From the NCBI GenBank assembly GCA_964639285.1, contig CAZXCI010000001.1, positions 142,305 to 206,304 of the forward strand: 64,000 nucleotides of DNA, written 5' to 3'. Of the stretch, positions 1 to 8,213 are shown piece after piece. This stretch comes from an uncultured Candidatus Saccharibacteria bacterium. GTDB lineage: Bacteria > Patescibacteriota > Minisyncoccia > Phycocordibacterales > XYD1-FULL-46-19. The position numbers and the translations under genes are program-made. The notes under the pieces were generated by a model. It searched no databases. It had not been told where the DNA came from and saw nothing but the letters and a program-made list of their open reading frames with translations. Positions within the stretch are counted from its first letter, which is position 1, and each line of letters opens with the position of its first letter.

Positions 1-87
1 GCCAAATCCGGTGAAGATTAATAAAATCCCAATAATACCAAAAGCGACCGAGGCATAAATAAATGTGAGTGTAGCTATTCTCTGCAT
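1..87 (-). CDS. hypothetical membrane protein (N-terminal part; runs off left edge)
   Basis: Read manually: MQRIATLTFIYASVAFGIIGILLIFTGFG..., hydrophobic, in tandem with 97..285; not in ORF track. Confidence 0.6.
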   Translation of the reverse strand, partial: MQRIATLTFIYASVAFGIIGILLIFTGFG

Positions 88-96
88 ATAATTGTA

Positions 97-285
97 TTAA
101 CTAAAATAAATAAGGTAACCAATAAAGAGTGCTAAGATAATATACCAAGCTGTCCAACCTTTGGTGAGAGGCAGGTAACGTTTGAAAAACTTAATATTAT
201 TCCAATAATCTCGATTGCCACACCAAGCAATATAACCAGCAACTAAACTGTCGATTATTAGAAGCCAAAAAATAATTTGTAACAT
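97..285 (-). CDS. small two-TM membrane protein
   Basis: 62 aa, two hydrophobic segments. Confidence 0.7.
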   Translation of the reverse strand: MLQIIFWLLIIDSLVAGYIAWCGNRDYWNNIKFFKRYLPLTKGWTAWYIILALFIGYLIYFS

Positions 286-374
286 AATTAAAATATTCTG
301 ATTAAGCTAATAGGCCTCGACTCGTCTAATTGTAGCATAACTTGAGCAGAGTCCATCAATTGGGATAAAAAGAA

Positions 375-405
375 AACCGCCTCCAACGGTTTTCGTTGTG
401 GGCGG
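375..405 (-). terminator. intrinsic terminator (CCGCCTC...GGGCGG family)
   Basis: ccgcctccaacg-gtttt-cgttgtgggcgg hairpin just 3' of the 409..603 stop, T-rich tail on minus strand. Confidence 0.6.
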
Positions 406-408
406 ATT

Positions 409-603
409 TTACCCAAAGAAAAGATTTCGAAAGGTGCCATTAAGGGGGATAATTCTCCCTCCTATTTGGTGGCAATGTTCCCGGTCTTGGGGTTCTTTGT
501 CTGGGTTGGGGCAGAGCCCTTCCATTTTCAGACTCTCTTGGTTCTTGCTTAAAGAGGTCACCTTGAGACACTTTAAACAATCAGGTATGTTAGTGTTCAC
601 CAT
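409..603 (-). CDS. small Cys-containing hypothetical protein
   Basis: 64 aa, CxxC plus two more Cys; SD-like AAGGAGGGAG upstream; terminator downstream. Confidence 0.6.
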   Translation of the reverse strand: MVNTNIPDCLKCLKVTSLSKNQESLKMEGLCPNPDKEPQDREHCHQIGGRIIPLNGTFRNLFFG

Positions 604-741
604 TTTCTCTCCCTCCTTCTGGGGCTTAGGTTTTATTCTCTAAAAAAGAAAAACACTCTGTTTTCATTTCTACCATATTTGCCACCGGGAAACAACAAAG
701 ATAAGTAATTTTAAAATAAGGTTTGTTATAGAATAGGGCAT

Positions 742-903
742 ATGAAGAAAGCCCTCATAATTTTAGTTGTATTTATTGTTTTGTTGTTTGTCCCACTAAT
801 TTCTCAAAAAGCTCCTGTTGTTTGTGTCAAAGCGCCGTGCCCAGAATATGTGGTCTTCCACATTTCGATTTTTGAGTATATTGCCTCTACGTATTTTAAT
901 TGA
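742..903 (+). CDS. small membrane-anchored protein with CVKAPCP motif
   Basis: Read manually: MKKALIILVVFIVLLFVPLISQKAPVVCVKAPCPEYVVFHISIFEYIASTYFN (53 aa); TAGAAT -10-like box just upstream; below ORF-track cutoff. Confidence 0.65.
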   Translation: MKKALIILVVFIVLLFVPLISQKAPVVCVKAPCPEYVVFHISIFEYIASTYFN

Positions 904-977
904 CGAAGCTCTCACTTGTTCAAGAATGAAAGGATTGAATACAAATAGCAGCTCTGGAGGGGTTAGAGATCATCTTT

Positions 978-1208
978 CTACTCCCTAGAAATGGACATGA
1001 ACATTGCCGTCAGCCTTCTTTTAAAATCTTCATTGGGAGAAAGATGTTCAATAATGCCCTGACTTCTTCCGACCTCTTCATACCCTTTATTGTCTATCGG
1101 ATGATTTGAACCAGTTACATGGTTTAAGAATACCAGCATTGCTTCTTGTCTCTTATTTAATTTTGAGCCCTCCTTGTCTTCGGAAGGATTGATCCCTTCT
1201 AAGTTCAT
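978..1208 (-). CDS. hypothetical protein
   Basis: 76 aa ORF with AT-rich leader and TATAAT upstream. Confidence 0.6.
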   Translation of the reverse strand: MNLEGINPSEDKEGSKLNKRQEAMLVFLNHVTGSNHPIDNKGYEEVGRSQGIIEHLSPNEDFKRRLTAMFMSISRE

Positions 1209-1410
1209 ATTTATTCAAATTATTTTATCAGCAACATTAATAATAGGTTAATTATAGCAAAATATGAACAGAAAAAGAAGAAAGGCTGTCCGAACCTGGA
1301 TAGGGGAGAACGAAGGCCTTTATTTTTTGTTGTTGGGGTAAAAAGAAAATCCCGCACTTAGACATTTTAGCTAATTCGAAAGCTTTCTAAGGTTATGCTA
1401 AAATAGCTCT

Positions 1411-1896
1411 GTGATTAAAACCAATATTTATATTGACGGCAATAATTTATATCGTGGGGCCAAAGAGCTTGGGTTTGAGATTGATTATAAAAAATTTTAT
1501 GGTTGGCTTCGGCAAAAATATGGCTCAGATAATATTTATCTTTTTGTCGGCTTAGTCCCAACCAGAACCAAATTTTACGAACATCTCCAAGAATGTGGTT
1601 TCATTTTAATTTTCAAACAAACTGTTTCGGTTGGGGGAGTGGTCAAGGGGAATTGCGACGCCGAACTGGTGTTAAAAACTGTTTCTGATTTTTATACTAA
1701 AGCATTTGATAAATGCATTCTAGTTTCTGGTGACGGCGATTTTGGTTGCCTGGTAGAATTTTTAGACGATAACTCTGTTTTGGATCGAATCATTTCTCCT
1801 GATGAAAATAAATGTTCAATTTTACTAAGAAACAAAAATACCGAGATTACTTTTCTCAATGAACATTACCATAAGTTTTCTCGAAAATCGCCTTAA
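1411..1896 (+). CDS. NYN domain (LabA/DUF88, PIN-like) putative ribonuclease
   Basis: YIDGNNL, KGNCDAEL, LVSGDGDF acidic motifs. Confidence 0.9.
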   Translation: MIKTNIYIDGNNLYRGAKELGFEIDYKKFYGWLRQKYGSDNIYLFVGLVPTRTKFYEHLQECGFILIFKQTVSVGGVVKGNCDAELVLKTVSDFYTKAFDKCILVSGDGDFGCLVEFLDDNSVLDRIISPDENKCSILLRNKNTEITFLNEHYHKFSRKSP

Positions 1897-2087
1897 ACCC
1901 TAACCCTAAAAGAAAAAGCCCCCGATGCAGACGTATCTACATAAGGGTCTCTTTCATAGTTATACTAATATAGTATACTTTTTATACAAATTGTCAATTT
2001 GTTCTAATTGGGCTCCGATGCTTGTTTTTGTCGCTTAAGAGCGAAGAAGGAGAGAGAAAACTAGAACTTATATGTAATTGAAAAATT

Positions 2088-3104
2088 TTAATATTTGCGT
2101 TTCTTAAGTTCTTTCTTGGCTGTTTTCATAAACTTTCCAAAGTCACGATCTTTTTCTCTTTTTTCAAGTTTATTCATTTCAAAATATTCAGCTTCCTTTT
2201 TTAGACTAATATAATTAGAATAGTGAGCTTTGTTTAATCTGCCCAAATCTAGAGCCGCTAATACTGCGCACCCAGATTCTTGGACATGGGTACAATCTTT
2301 ATATCTACATCTCTCTGCTAAGCTGGCTATCTCATCAAAGAAGTAATTTATCCCAACAAGATTGCCAGTCATCCCAACTTCGCGCATTCCGGGGTTATCT
2401 ATCACAATTCCTCCATTTTCTAAAAAATACATCTCTCTTTTTGTTGTGACATGTCTACCTCTGGTAGAGTGGGCTGAGATGTCTTCGGTTCTCAAGATGT
2501 TCTTCCCAAGCAATCTATTAATCAACGATGATTTGCCAACGCCAGACGAGCCGAGGAAACAATAGGTCTGGTCTTTTAAAATATGTTTTTTAAGATCATT
2601 TAAATCATTATCATCTATGATACTCGTTAGGATAACCTCTGTATTTTTAAACCTATTTTTTATTTGAGACAGAATTAGATCTAATTCTTCTTGAGAAATT
2701 AAATCGATTTTATTTAACACAATGGCTGTCTCAACCCCCCCATCATTAGCAAGAGCAAAATATCTTTCAAATCGATTGAGATTGAAGTCTCGATCAACCG
2801 ATTCAACGACGAAGGCTTTATCGATATTTGTCGCGATAATCTGCGATTCATTTTTATTATTGCTTTTTCTTTTTAGCATTGTCCTTCTTGGTAAAACTTT
2901 CTGAATCACGGCATTTTCTTGATCAGCCATACTAATAGCCACCCAGTCACCGACAGCTGGATAGTCCTCTCTAGATAGAGACTCAAACATTTGCTTTCCT
3001 GTTATTTTAGCAAAATATTCTCCAGACAAATTTTTTACCTTATAGGCTCCTCTATATTCAGCGACCACTCGCGCCTTTGTTGTTTCATTATTTGTTCTAT
3101 TCAT
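2088..3104 (-). CDS. rsgA: ribosome small subunit-dependent GTPase A
   Basis: PAVGDWV, NKID, GSSGVGKS, GRHVTT, DNPG, CxxxxCxHxxxxxC Zn site. Confidence 0.95.
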   Translation of the reverse strand: MNRTNNETTKARVVAEYRGAYKVKNLSGEYFAKITGKQMFESLSREDYPAVGDWVAISMADQENAVIQKVLPRRTMLKRKSNNKNESQIIATNIDKAFVVESVDRDFNLNRFERYFALANDGGVETAIVLNKIDLISQEELDLILSQIKNRFKNTEVILTSIIDDNDLNDLKKHILKDQTYCFLGSSGVGKSSLINRLLGKNILRTEDISAHSTRGRHVTTKREMYFLENGGIVIDNPGMREVGMTGNLVGINYFFDEIASLAERCRYKDCTHVQESGCAVLAALDLGRLNKAHYSNYISLKKEAEYFEMNKLEKREKDRDFGKFMKTAKKELKKRKY

Positions 3105-3420
3105 TCATGGTCAATATACCAAAAATTCCTCAGAGGTTCTACGTCATATTAAGGGTATACAAAAAAGTCATGGCTTTTTAGTGCAAAAAGAAAAGCACCA
3201 GTGAAGCAATTCTTCCATAAGCGAATGCTTATGAGTGGGCGGTGTGAACAAGGCCTTGGGCGACCAAAACTTGCTCATGGGCCATTCGCTCGCCACTACT
3301 AGGCCCCCACAACTGGTGCTTTGGCTAACTCTCGTGCTCTAGGCACAGGGCAGGGGTAGCCATGTCCCCACCCGACTGACACCCACATTAGTTTTTATTT
3401 TTTAAAAAGTCAAACAGCAA

Positions 3421-3444
3421 ACCCCCTACCAGCTGGTAGGGGGT
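3421..3444 (-). terminator. intrinsic terminator of 3454..3849
   Basis: Perfect palindrome accccctaccagctggtagggggt. Confidence 0.7.
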
Positions 3445-3453
3445 AAAATCACA

Positions 3454-3849
3454 TCAAAAAATTCCGCATTCCGCTGCACACTGGCTCGAACAGTATGGGG
3501 AATAATTTCCGGAAAAAAATTGGCAATTGCATCTTGGACAGATTCCTCCCGTCGACGGCACCTCTCCTTTTTTGTGATGGGGTAAAAATCCAGAGAGAAC
3601 CTGAATTTCTACATCAATCTCCAGTGCCTCGTTTAAGGCCGAGGCAATCTTCGCGGCTTCTTCCCCGTCGGTATCACGGACAACGAGATAAGGTGAGTCT
3701 CGATGTTGTTCCGACATATCAAGGCAACAGAGATCTGGACTGAAAGTAATTACTCCCTCGTCTGCCTTTATCCCCAGATCAGTCACAATTTTCGAGATTT
3801 CACTACAGATACCAATTGAACTATGACCGACGATAACTATGTTGGGCAT
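3454..3849 (-). CDS. hypothetical protein with C-terminal Zn-finger-like Cys cluster
   Basis: CPRC...YCSSQC; strong SD AAGGAGGTGA upstream. Confidence 0.75.
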   Translation of the reverse strand: MPNIVIVGHSSIGICSEISKIVTDLGIKADEGVITFSPDLCCLDMSEQHRDSPYLVVRDTDGEEAAKIASALNEALEIDVEIQVLSGFLPHHKKGEVPSTGGICPRCNCQFFSGNYSPYCSSQCAAECGIF

Positions 3850-4033
3850 AAAATCACCTCCTTTCTGAGGTTAAAAAGTCTAGTTCTCGATACAAAAAAC
3901 TTCCGTCTATATTTCTGACAGATTATATACAATTAATCAATAGTTGCTAGTATTTTGCTAGCGTTAGGCTCTGATGCCTGTCCTCTGTCGCTTTAGAGCG
4001 AAGGGGGGTGGAAGGAAGTTAGAACTTGTCTCT

Positions 4034-4555
4034 TTAACTTGAAAATTCAATAGCCAGGCCTTTGGCATAACGAAAACGGCCAAGAAATTTGATAAGGGAG
4101 AGAGCAATGTCATATTTTGTCCCTTCTGAATTCTTGCCAATTTCTAACTCGTCGATCTTTATACTGTGTTTGTCAGTCATAATGGATAATGTTCCAGAAC
4201 GTTCTTTTTCCACAATGGAGTTTAGAATCTTTTTCTCCTTGTCAGTTAGATGCATCTTGCTAACTAATTCGCTGTATTCGAAGACAGAGTTTTCATATTC
4301 TCCACGTTCAGTGACAAGATCTGCCACTTGATTCAAAGCTAAGCCTTGATCAAAAAGCTGTTTAATATTTTTGGCTAGTTCTTTAGCTTTCTGGTTGATT
4401 TCACCGCCAATTTCCTCGGCCGAAACACCAAGGGCTAAGAGGTAAGAAATTTGAAGGTCAGAACCGCTAATCTTGTTGGCAATGACAAAATCTCTTAGTT
4501 GAGCAATTGATTCTTGTCCGTTTTGGTGTTCTTCAAATCTAATTATTGATTCCAT
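4034..4555 (-). CDS. hypothetical protein
   Basis: 173 aa ORF; stop adjacent to an A half-site. Confidence 0.75.
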   Translation of the reverse strand: MESIIRFEEHQNGQESIAQLRDFVIANKISGSDLQISYLLALGVSAEEIGGEINQKAKELAKNIKQLFDQGLALNQVADLVTERGEYENSVFEYSELVSKMHLTDKEKKILNSIVEKERSGTLSIMTDKHSIKIDELEIGKNSEGTKYDIALSLIKFLGRFRYAKGLAIEFSS

Positions 4556-4628
4556 TTTTTATTATTTTTAACTTATCAACTTTTGTAATAATTAAATTAT
4601 ATCAAAAATCTCTCAACGATTCTATGTC

Positions 4629-4664
4629 CCTGCCCGCATTGCTATGCAAAGCGTTGCAGGCGGG
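4629..4664. mobile_element. 36-bp REP-like palindromic element CCTGCCCG...GCAGGCGGG
   Basis: Identical to 8031-8066; related copies at 44396-44422 and 57393-57428. Confidence 0.8.
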
Positions 4665-4773
4665 CTACGAGAGGTAGCCAAAAACACGTTGTAAAATAAA
4701 GAGAAAAAATAGGTTCCGATGAATAGAAAAAGTTTTTACTACTTTTGTGTAGAGATGATTTTACTATCATTAA

Positions 4774-4941
4774 TTACTTCAATTGCTTTAAAATTAAACT
4801 GGTTATTATAAACCCAAACCCCGATAAGATAGAAGCAATATCATAAGATAAGATACTTCCATTATCAATGATATTTATTAACCCATTGAATATTAAAAGA
4901 CCGGCGATAATAAATAATAAAATAATGAATAGTTTGTTCAT
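4774..4941 (-). CDS. small two-TM membrane protein
   Basis: Read manually: MNKLFIILLFIIAGLLIFNGLINIIDNGSILSYDIASILSGFGFIITSLILKQLK (55 aa); fills a cassette slot; TATAAT upstream. Confidence 0.65.
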   Translation of the reverse strand: MNKLFIILLFIIAGLLIFNGLINIIDNGSILSYDIASILSGFGFIITSLILKQLK

Positions 4942-5116
4942 TTATATTTTATCTAAAACTTATATAATTATATTTTGCCACAATCTCTTAAAAAATTCGA
5001 GTGTCTTATTTGAAAGAGGGATACAAAATAACCCCCGCTTTAAGGGCTATTTTAGTCTGCTAGCAAAATGCTAGCAATGGCTCCGTTGGGTAGAGAGAGT
5101 TGGAACCTATTTTGTC

Positions 5117-5983
5117 TTATTCAGACGATAAAGTCGGGGTCGAGCCATTATCAAAAACGGTGATCTTTGTCGACTTGCTAATTATATCTGTAGGGCCAGT
5201 AATTCCTAGATCATTAAGTTTAAAGTCTTTGACCGTAATACTATTACCAATCAATGTCGCTCGAATAGTTCTATTTTTTGAACCGGCATCAACCTCAGCT
5301 CTAAGAGCAATATCTACCCATTTATCTTTGAAAAATCCAATGTAGAATTGTTTAAAATGAAAATCAATCCTGCCTGATTCTGAAATCATATCAGTATCTA
5401 ATATTGAGACCCCAGGCTGATCGTCAACAATCTCTATCTTAAAGTTGCGAAATAAATCGGGATCGTAATTTTCAACGTTAAAACTCAAAGTGTGAAGCAT
5501 AATATCCTGATGTGGCCTTAAACTGAAGTTTCCCAAAATGATATTGTTACCCGTTGGGGATATTTTAAAAGTTTGAGTCGGCTCCTGATTTGGACTTAGT
5601 CGTGTATCTACTATAACTAAATTGGTGGCGCTTTCATTTGAAGCGTCGACCGAACTTGTTTGAATCATTGGTTTCTGATCTAAAACTTTAGGAGTTGTTT
5701 CTTTTTTTTCAGCACTATTCTTCTTTTGAGAATAGGTCTCTGTTTGATCTATGTCTTGAGGTGTTTCTGTGGGATTCCTTAAATCTTGATCTATGGGTTC
5801 CTTAACCTTTGTCTGTTGACTTTTTGATCCTATCGCTGGGGTAGTAGAGGCAATAGGAAAAATTTTTCCTTTGAAGAAAAAACTTGAGAAGATATTCCAA
5901 GAAAGGGGATTCCACCAAGAGGCATTAGTTAAAAAGGGGATAGAAACAATTAATAAAAGGAAAATTATTGATATCTTTTTCAT
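5117..5983 (-). CDS. secreted/surface hypothetical protein
   Basis: Signal peptide followed by ASWWNPLSW, low-complexity linker, beta-rich C-terminal domain. Confidence 0.8.
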   Translation of the reverse strand: MKKISIIFLLLIVSIPFLTNASWWNPLSWNIFSSFFFKGKIFPIASTTPAIGSKSQQTKVKEPIDQDLRNPTETPQDIDQTETYSQKKNSAEKKETTPKVLDQKPMIQTSSVDASNESATNLVIVDTRLSPNQEPTQTFKISPTGNNIILGNFSLRPHQDIMLHTLSFNVENYDPDLFRNFKIEIVDDQPGVSILDTDMISESGRIDFHFKQFYIGFFKDKWVDIALRAEVDAGSKNRTIRATLIGNSITVKDFKLNDLGITGPTDIISKSTKITVFDNGSTPTLSSE

Positions 5984-6087
5984 ATCATTGAATTATATCA
6001 AAAGTCTTTAACCCTATCTAGGTGTCTGCTAGCAAAAAGCTAGCAATTGCTCCGTTGGGTGGAGGAAGTTAGAAATTCTTTGACGAC

Positions 6088-6609
6088 CTAATTACCCACA
6101 GAAACTTTTATCGTACTTGAGATCACGCACTCATGTGATTCATCGAACGGTGTGCTTAAAATTGGGGAACATTTGTCTGTATCCCAGACCTTAAAAAGCA
6201 AGGTGTAATCATATGGTTTAAGATAGGCATAGGTGTGACTGAAAGAAATAGGTTTTGATTGATCATAGAGAACAGAAAAAGGGCCCTCAATACCATCTTC
6301 GCCTTCACCTCCCCACTCGATCTGATATTTTAAATTTGCCCCAGTTGGTGCCGTGATATTTGCTGTCCACTTGCCAGTCTCACCAATTTTAAGTGAGGTG
6401 GGCCCAGAGATAGAATCTATTGATAATTGAACAACCTTTTCGTCAACAATAGTATTGTCATCATTTTCTTTTAGTGAATTATCAGAAGAACTGTCGACTA
6501 GTTCATTGGGTGTAGTAGATTTTTCGTCGCTGACCTTTTTAAATACAAAATAATAAACTCCGCCGACAATCAAAATCAAAGTAACAACTCCAATTAAATA
6601 TTTTTTCAT
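6088..6609 (-). CDS. membrane-anchored protein with Ig/PKD-like domain
   Basis: N-terminal TM; ISGPTSLKIGETGKWT...WG...FSHTY pattern. Confidence 0.75.
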   Translation of the reverse strand: MKKYLIGVVTLILIVGGVYYFVFKKVSDEKSTTPNELVDSSSDNSLKENDDNTIVDEKVVQLSIDSISGPTSLKIGETGKWTANITAPTGANLKYQIEWGGEGEDGIEGPFSVLYDQSKPISFSHTYAYLKPYDYTLLFKVWDTDKCSPILSTPFDESHECVISSTIKVSVGN

Positions 6610-6943
6610 TTTAATTTTTACTATTTAATAATTGGCTTAATTATATCAAAAATCCTCTAGCGATTCTACATCCTATTCGGGGTCACCAAAAAACATATTG
6701 TAAAATAACAAGAAAAAATTGGCTCGCTTGGCAGTCTGCGTTTCGAACTTATGATTGGAGTATGGCCATAGGCGATCTTAAGACAACAACCAAGGAAATC
6801 AACTATTTATTGTCTTTAGTTTGATTATACTCTCGGTAGGGGTGGGGTACCCCCAGATATTTGGTTCCATGTTTTGTATATAAACAACAAACCCGCCTCG
6901 CTCACACGACGACTTGGGTTTGTCGCGGTGTTCGCGGGCGGGG

Positions 6944-7231
6944 CTAGTCTACGTCAGGGGATTTTGGCTGAGAGAACTCCTCAAAAAGACCGATCGCTAC
7001 AAAACACAAAAAGAGGAACGCGAACCCCAAGACGTAAGGCAAAGGGTCTGTCACCCCACTGAGGGGTAAGAGCATCCCTAAGAGAAAACCGACGAGAAGA
7101 TTCTCTTTGAGCCCCATCTCCCAGGGGTTCTTCGGCTGTTTCCTCTTTATGTAGCTCACCACAAGGCAAGCGATAAGAGAAAGAATAATGTAGCCAAGAG
7201 CGGACAAGAGGTGGACGAAGATAATGTTCAT
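6944..7231 (-). CDS. small multi-TM membrane protein
   Basis: 95 aa, three hydrophobic segments; own promoter and AAGGA SD. Confidence 0.7.
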   Translation of the reverse strand: MNIIFVHLLSALGYIILSLIACLVVSYIKRKQPKNPWEMGLKENLLVGFLLGMLLPLSGVTDPLPYVLGFAFLFLCFVAIGLFEEFSQPKSPDVD

Positions 7232-7276
7232 TTGGTATATCCTTTTCTGTTGAGGAACGTTTCAATGTCTAATTTG

Positions 7277-7305
7277 ATCATAGCACTTACAATGTACTTT
7301 GTCAA
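7277..7305 (-). promoter_or_regulatory. sigma70-type promoter of 6944..7231
   Basis: TTGACA-17 nt-TATGAT with TG extension. Confidence 0.7.
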
Positions 7306-7456
7306 TATCTTAAATTTAATTTTAAGTTCGGACGTTCTTTTCGGGGTACAAAAATAACTCTTGTTTTAAGGGCTTCAATTTGCACTTCTGCCTGCCGGCC
7401 TCAGTGTCTTCCTTGTCTCCACTCGTTGAGCTCCGATGGGCAGAGGAGGTCCGAAC

Positions 7457-7990
7457 TTATTTTTTATAAAAACTATTATCAGATGCCGTAATCTGTATCA
7501 ACGCATTTCGAAGTGATTCTTCGAGACTGACCTCTCTTAAGATTGCTCCCCCAGAATATGTCCCCCAAGTATCATTTGGAAGTTTTCCAAATTCTTCCTC
7601 AATTAAATGCATAACATCACAGTGCTCCATTTTAAGTTCGTTCATTTTCTGGAGAATATAATCGGGTACCTTTAAACCGCTTGAGTATCCATAGAATTCC
7701 TTTCCATTTTTATCAATTATGGCTGTCCAAGCTTCCTCGTAAATATGTCCATAACGCTCAATTAGGCCACTTTCAAGCCCAATAAAAAAGTCAGCACCAG
7801 GCTCAGTGTTCTTAGCACCTAACGCTCGATTTCTTGATCCGTCGTAGGTTTGTTTATCGTAAGGGGTATCTGGTACTTTTGAATCTGAAGGACAACCCTC
7901 AACAGACACTGGCCCAGTGAATAATTGACTCACGACTTTTTGAGTAATTAAAATTTTTCTATCACTGGTTGAACCAAGAATAATTCTCAT
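7457..7990 (-). CDS. inosine/xanthosine triphosphatase (YjjX-like non-canonical NTPase)
   Basis: GSTSxxK, SKVPDTP, G..NRA, IGLESG motifs. Confidence 0.85.
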   Translation of the reverse strand: MRIILGSTSDRKILITQKVVSQLFTGPVSVEGCPSDSKVPDTPYDKQTYDGSRNRALGAKNTEPGADFFIGLESGLIERYGHIYEEAWTAIIDKNGKEFYGYSSGLKVPDYILQKMNELKMEHCDVMHLIEEEFGKLPNDTWGTYSGGAILREVSLEESLRNALIQITASDNSFYKK

Positions 7991-8030
7991 GGCGTAATTC
8001 TATCAAATTTCGAATTAAAGTTCGAACGTC

Positions 8031-8066
8031 CCTGCCCGCATTGCTATGCAAAGCGTTGCAGGCGGG
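8031..8066. mobile_element. 36-bp REP-like palindromic element
   Basis: Identical to 4629-4664, at the equivalent position inside a B half-site. Confidence 0.8.
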
Positions 8067-8213
8067 TCTACTCGGGGTACAAAAACAACCCTTATTTTAA
8101 GGGCTATTTTCACGAGCTCCGATGGATACATAAAGTTCGAACCACACTTATCTTTTCATAAACAACAAACCCGCCTCACAACTGACAGCGGGTTGCTGTG
8201 GTTGTGGGCGGGG

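Larger units (their letters stand above)
3136..8085. repeat. array of degenerate 'B' half-sites (GTTC..ACGTC..TA.TCGGGGTACAAAAA), often followed by a shared linker (AACCC...TTTAAGGGCT)
   Basis: Copies at about 3136-3166, 4618-4684 (REP insert), 4995-5028, 6662-6693, 7326-7354, 8020-8085 (REP insert); linker at 5025-5053, 7350-7375, 8081-8110. Confidence 0.75.
2012..8143. repeat. array of degenerate 'A' half-sites resembling the reverse complement of the tRNA-Asn 3' end (GCTCCG-N~13-GTTCGAAC)
   Basis: Copies at about 2012-2067 and 3968-4025 (both interrupted by a hairpin insert), 4713-4740 (weak), 5080-5107, 6049-6075, 6722-6748, 7430-7456, 8116-8143 and a weak one near 950; compare GCTCCGCGGGTAGGACTCGAACC at 8919-8941. 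Confidence 0.8.

Noticed and set aside
4868-5074. 68-aa + strand ORF
   Set aside because: Antisense to the 55-aa cassette gene and runs through a B site.
6981-7265. Alternative 94-aa minus-strand ORF
   Set aside because: Overlaps 6944..7231 in another frame; the latter has an SD, TM character and a stop abutting the terminator.
2012-8143. CRISPR array interpretation of the recurring repeats
   Set aside because: Repeats are degenerate and separated by whole genes (0.3-2 kb), not 25-45 nt spacers; no cas genes in the window.
6662-8143. A and B half-sites as additional tRNA genes
   Set aside because: Only T-arm and acceptor-like 3' portions are present; no D-arm or anticodon arm.
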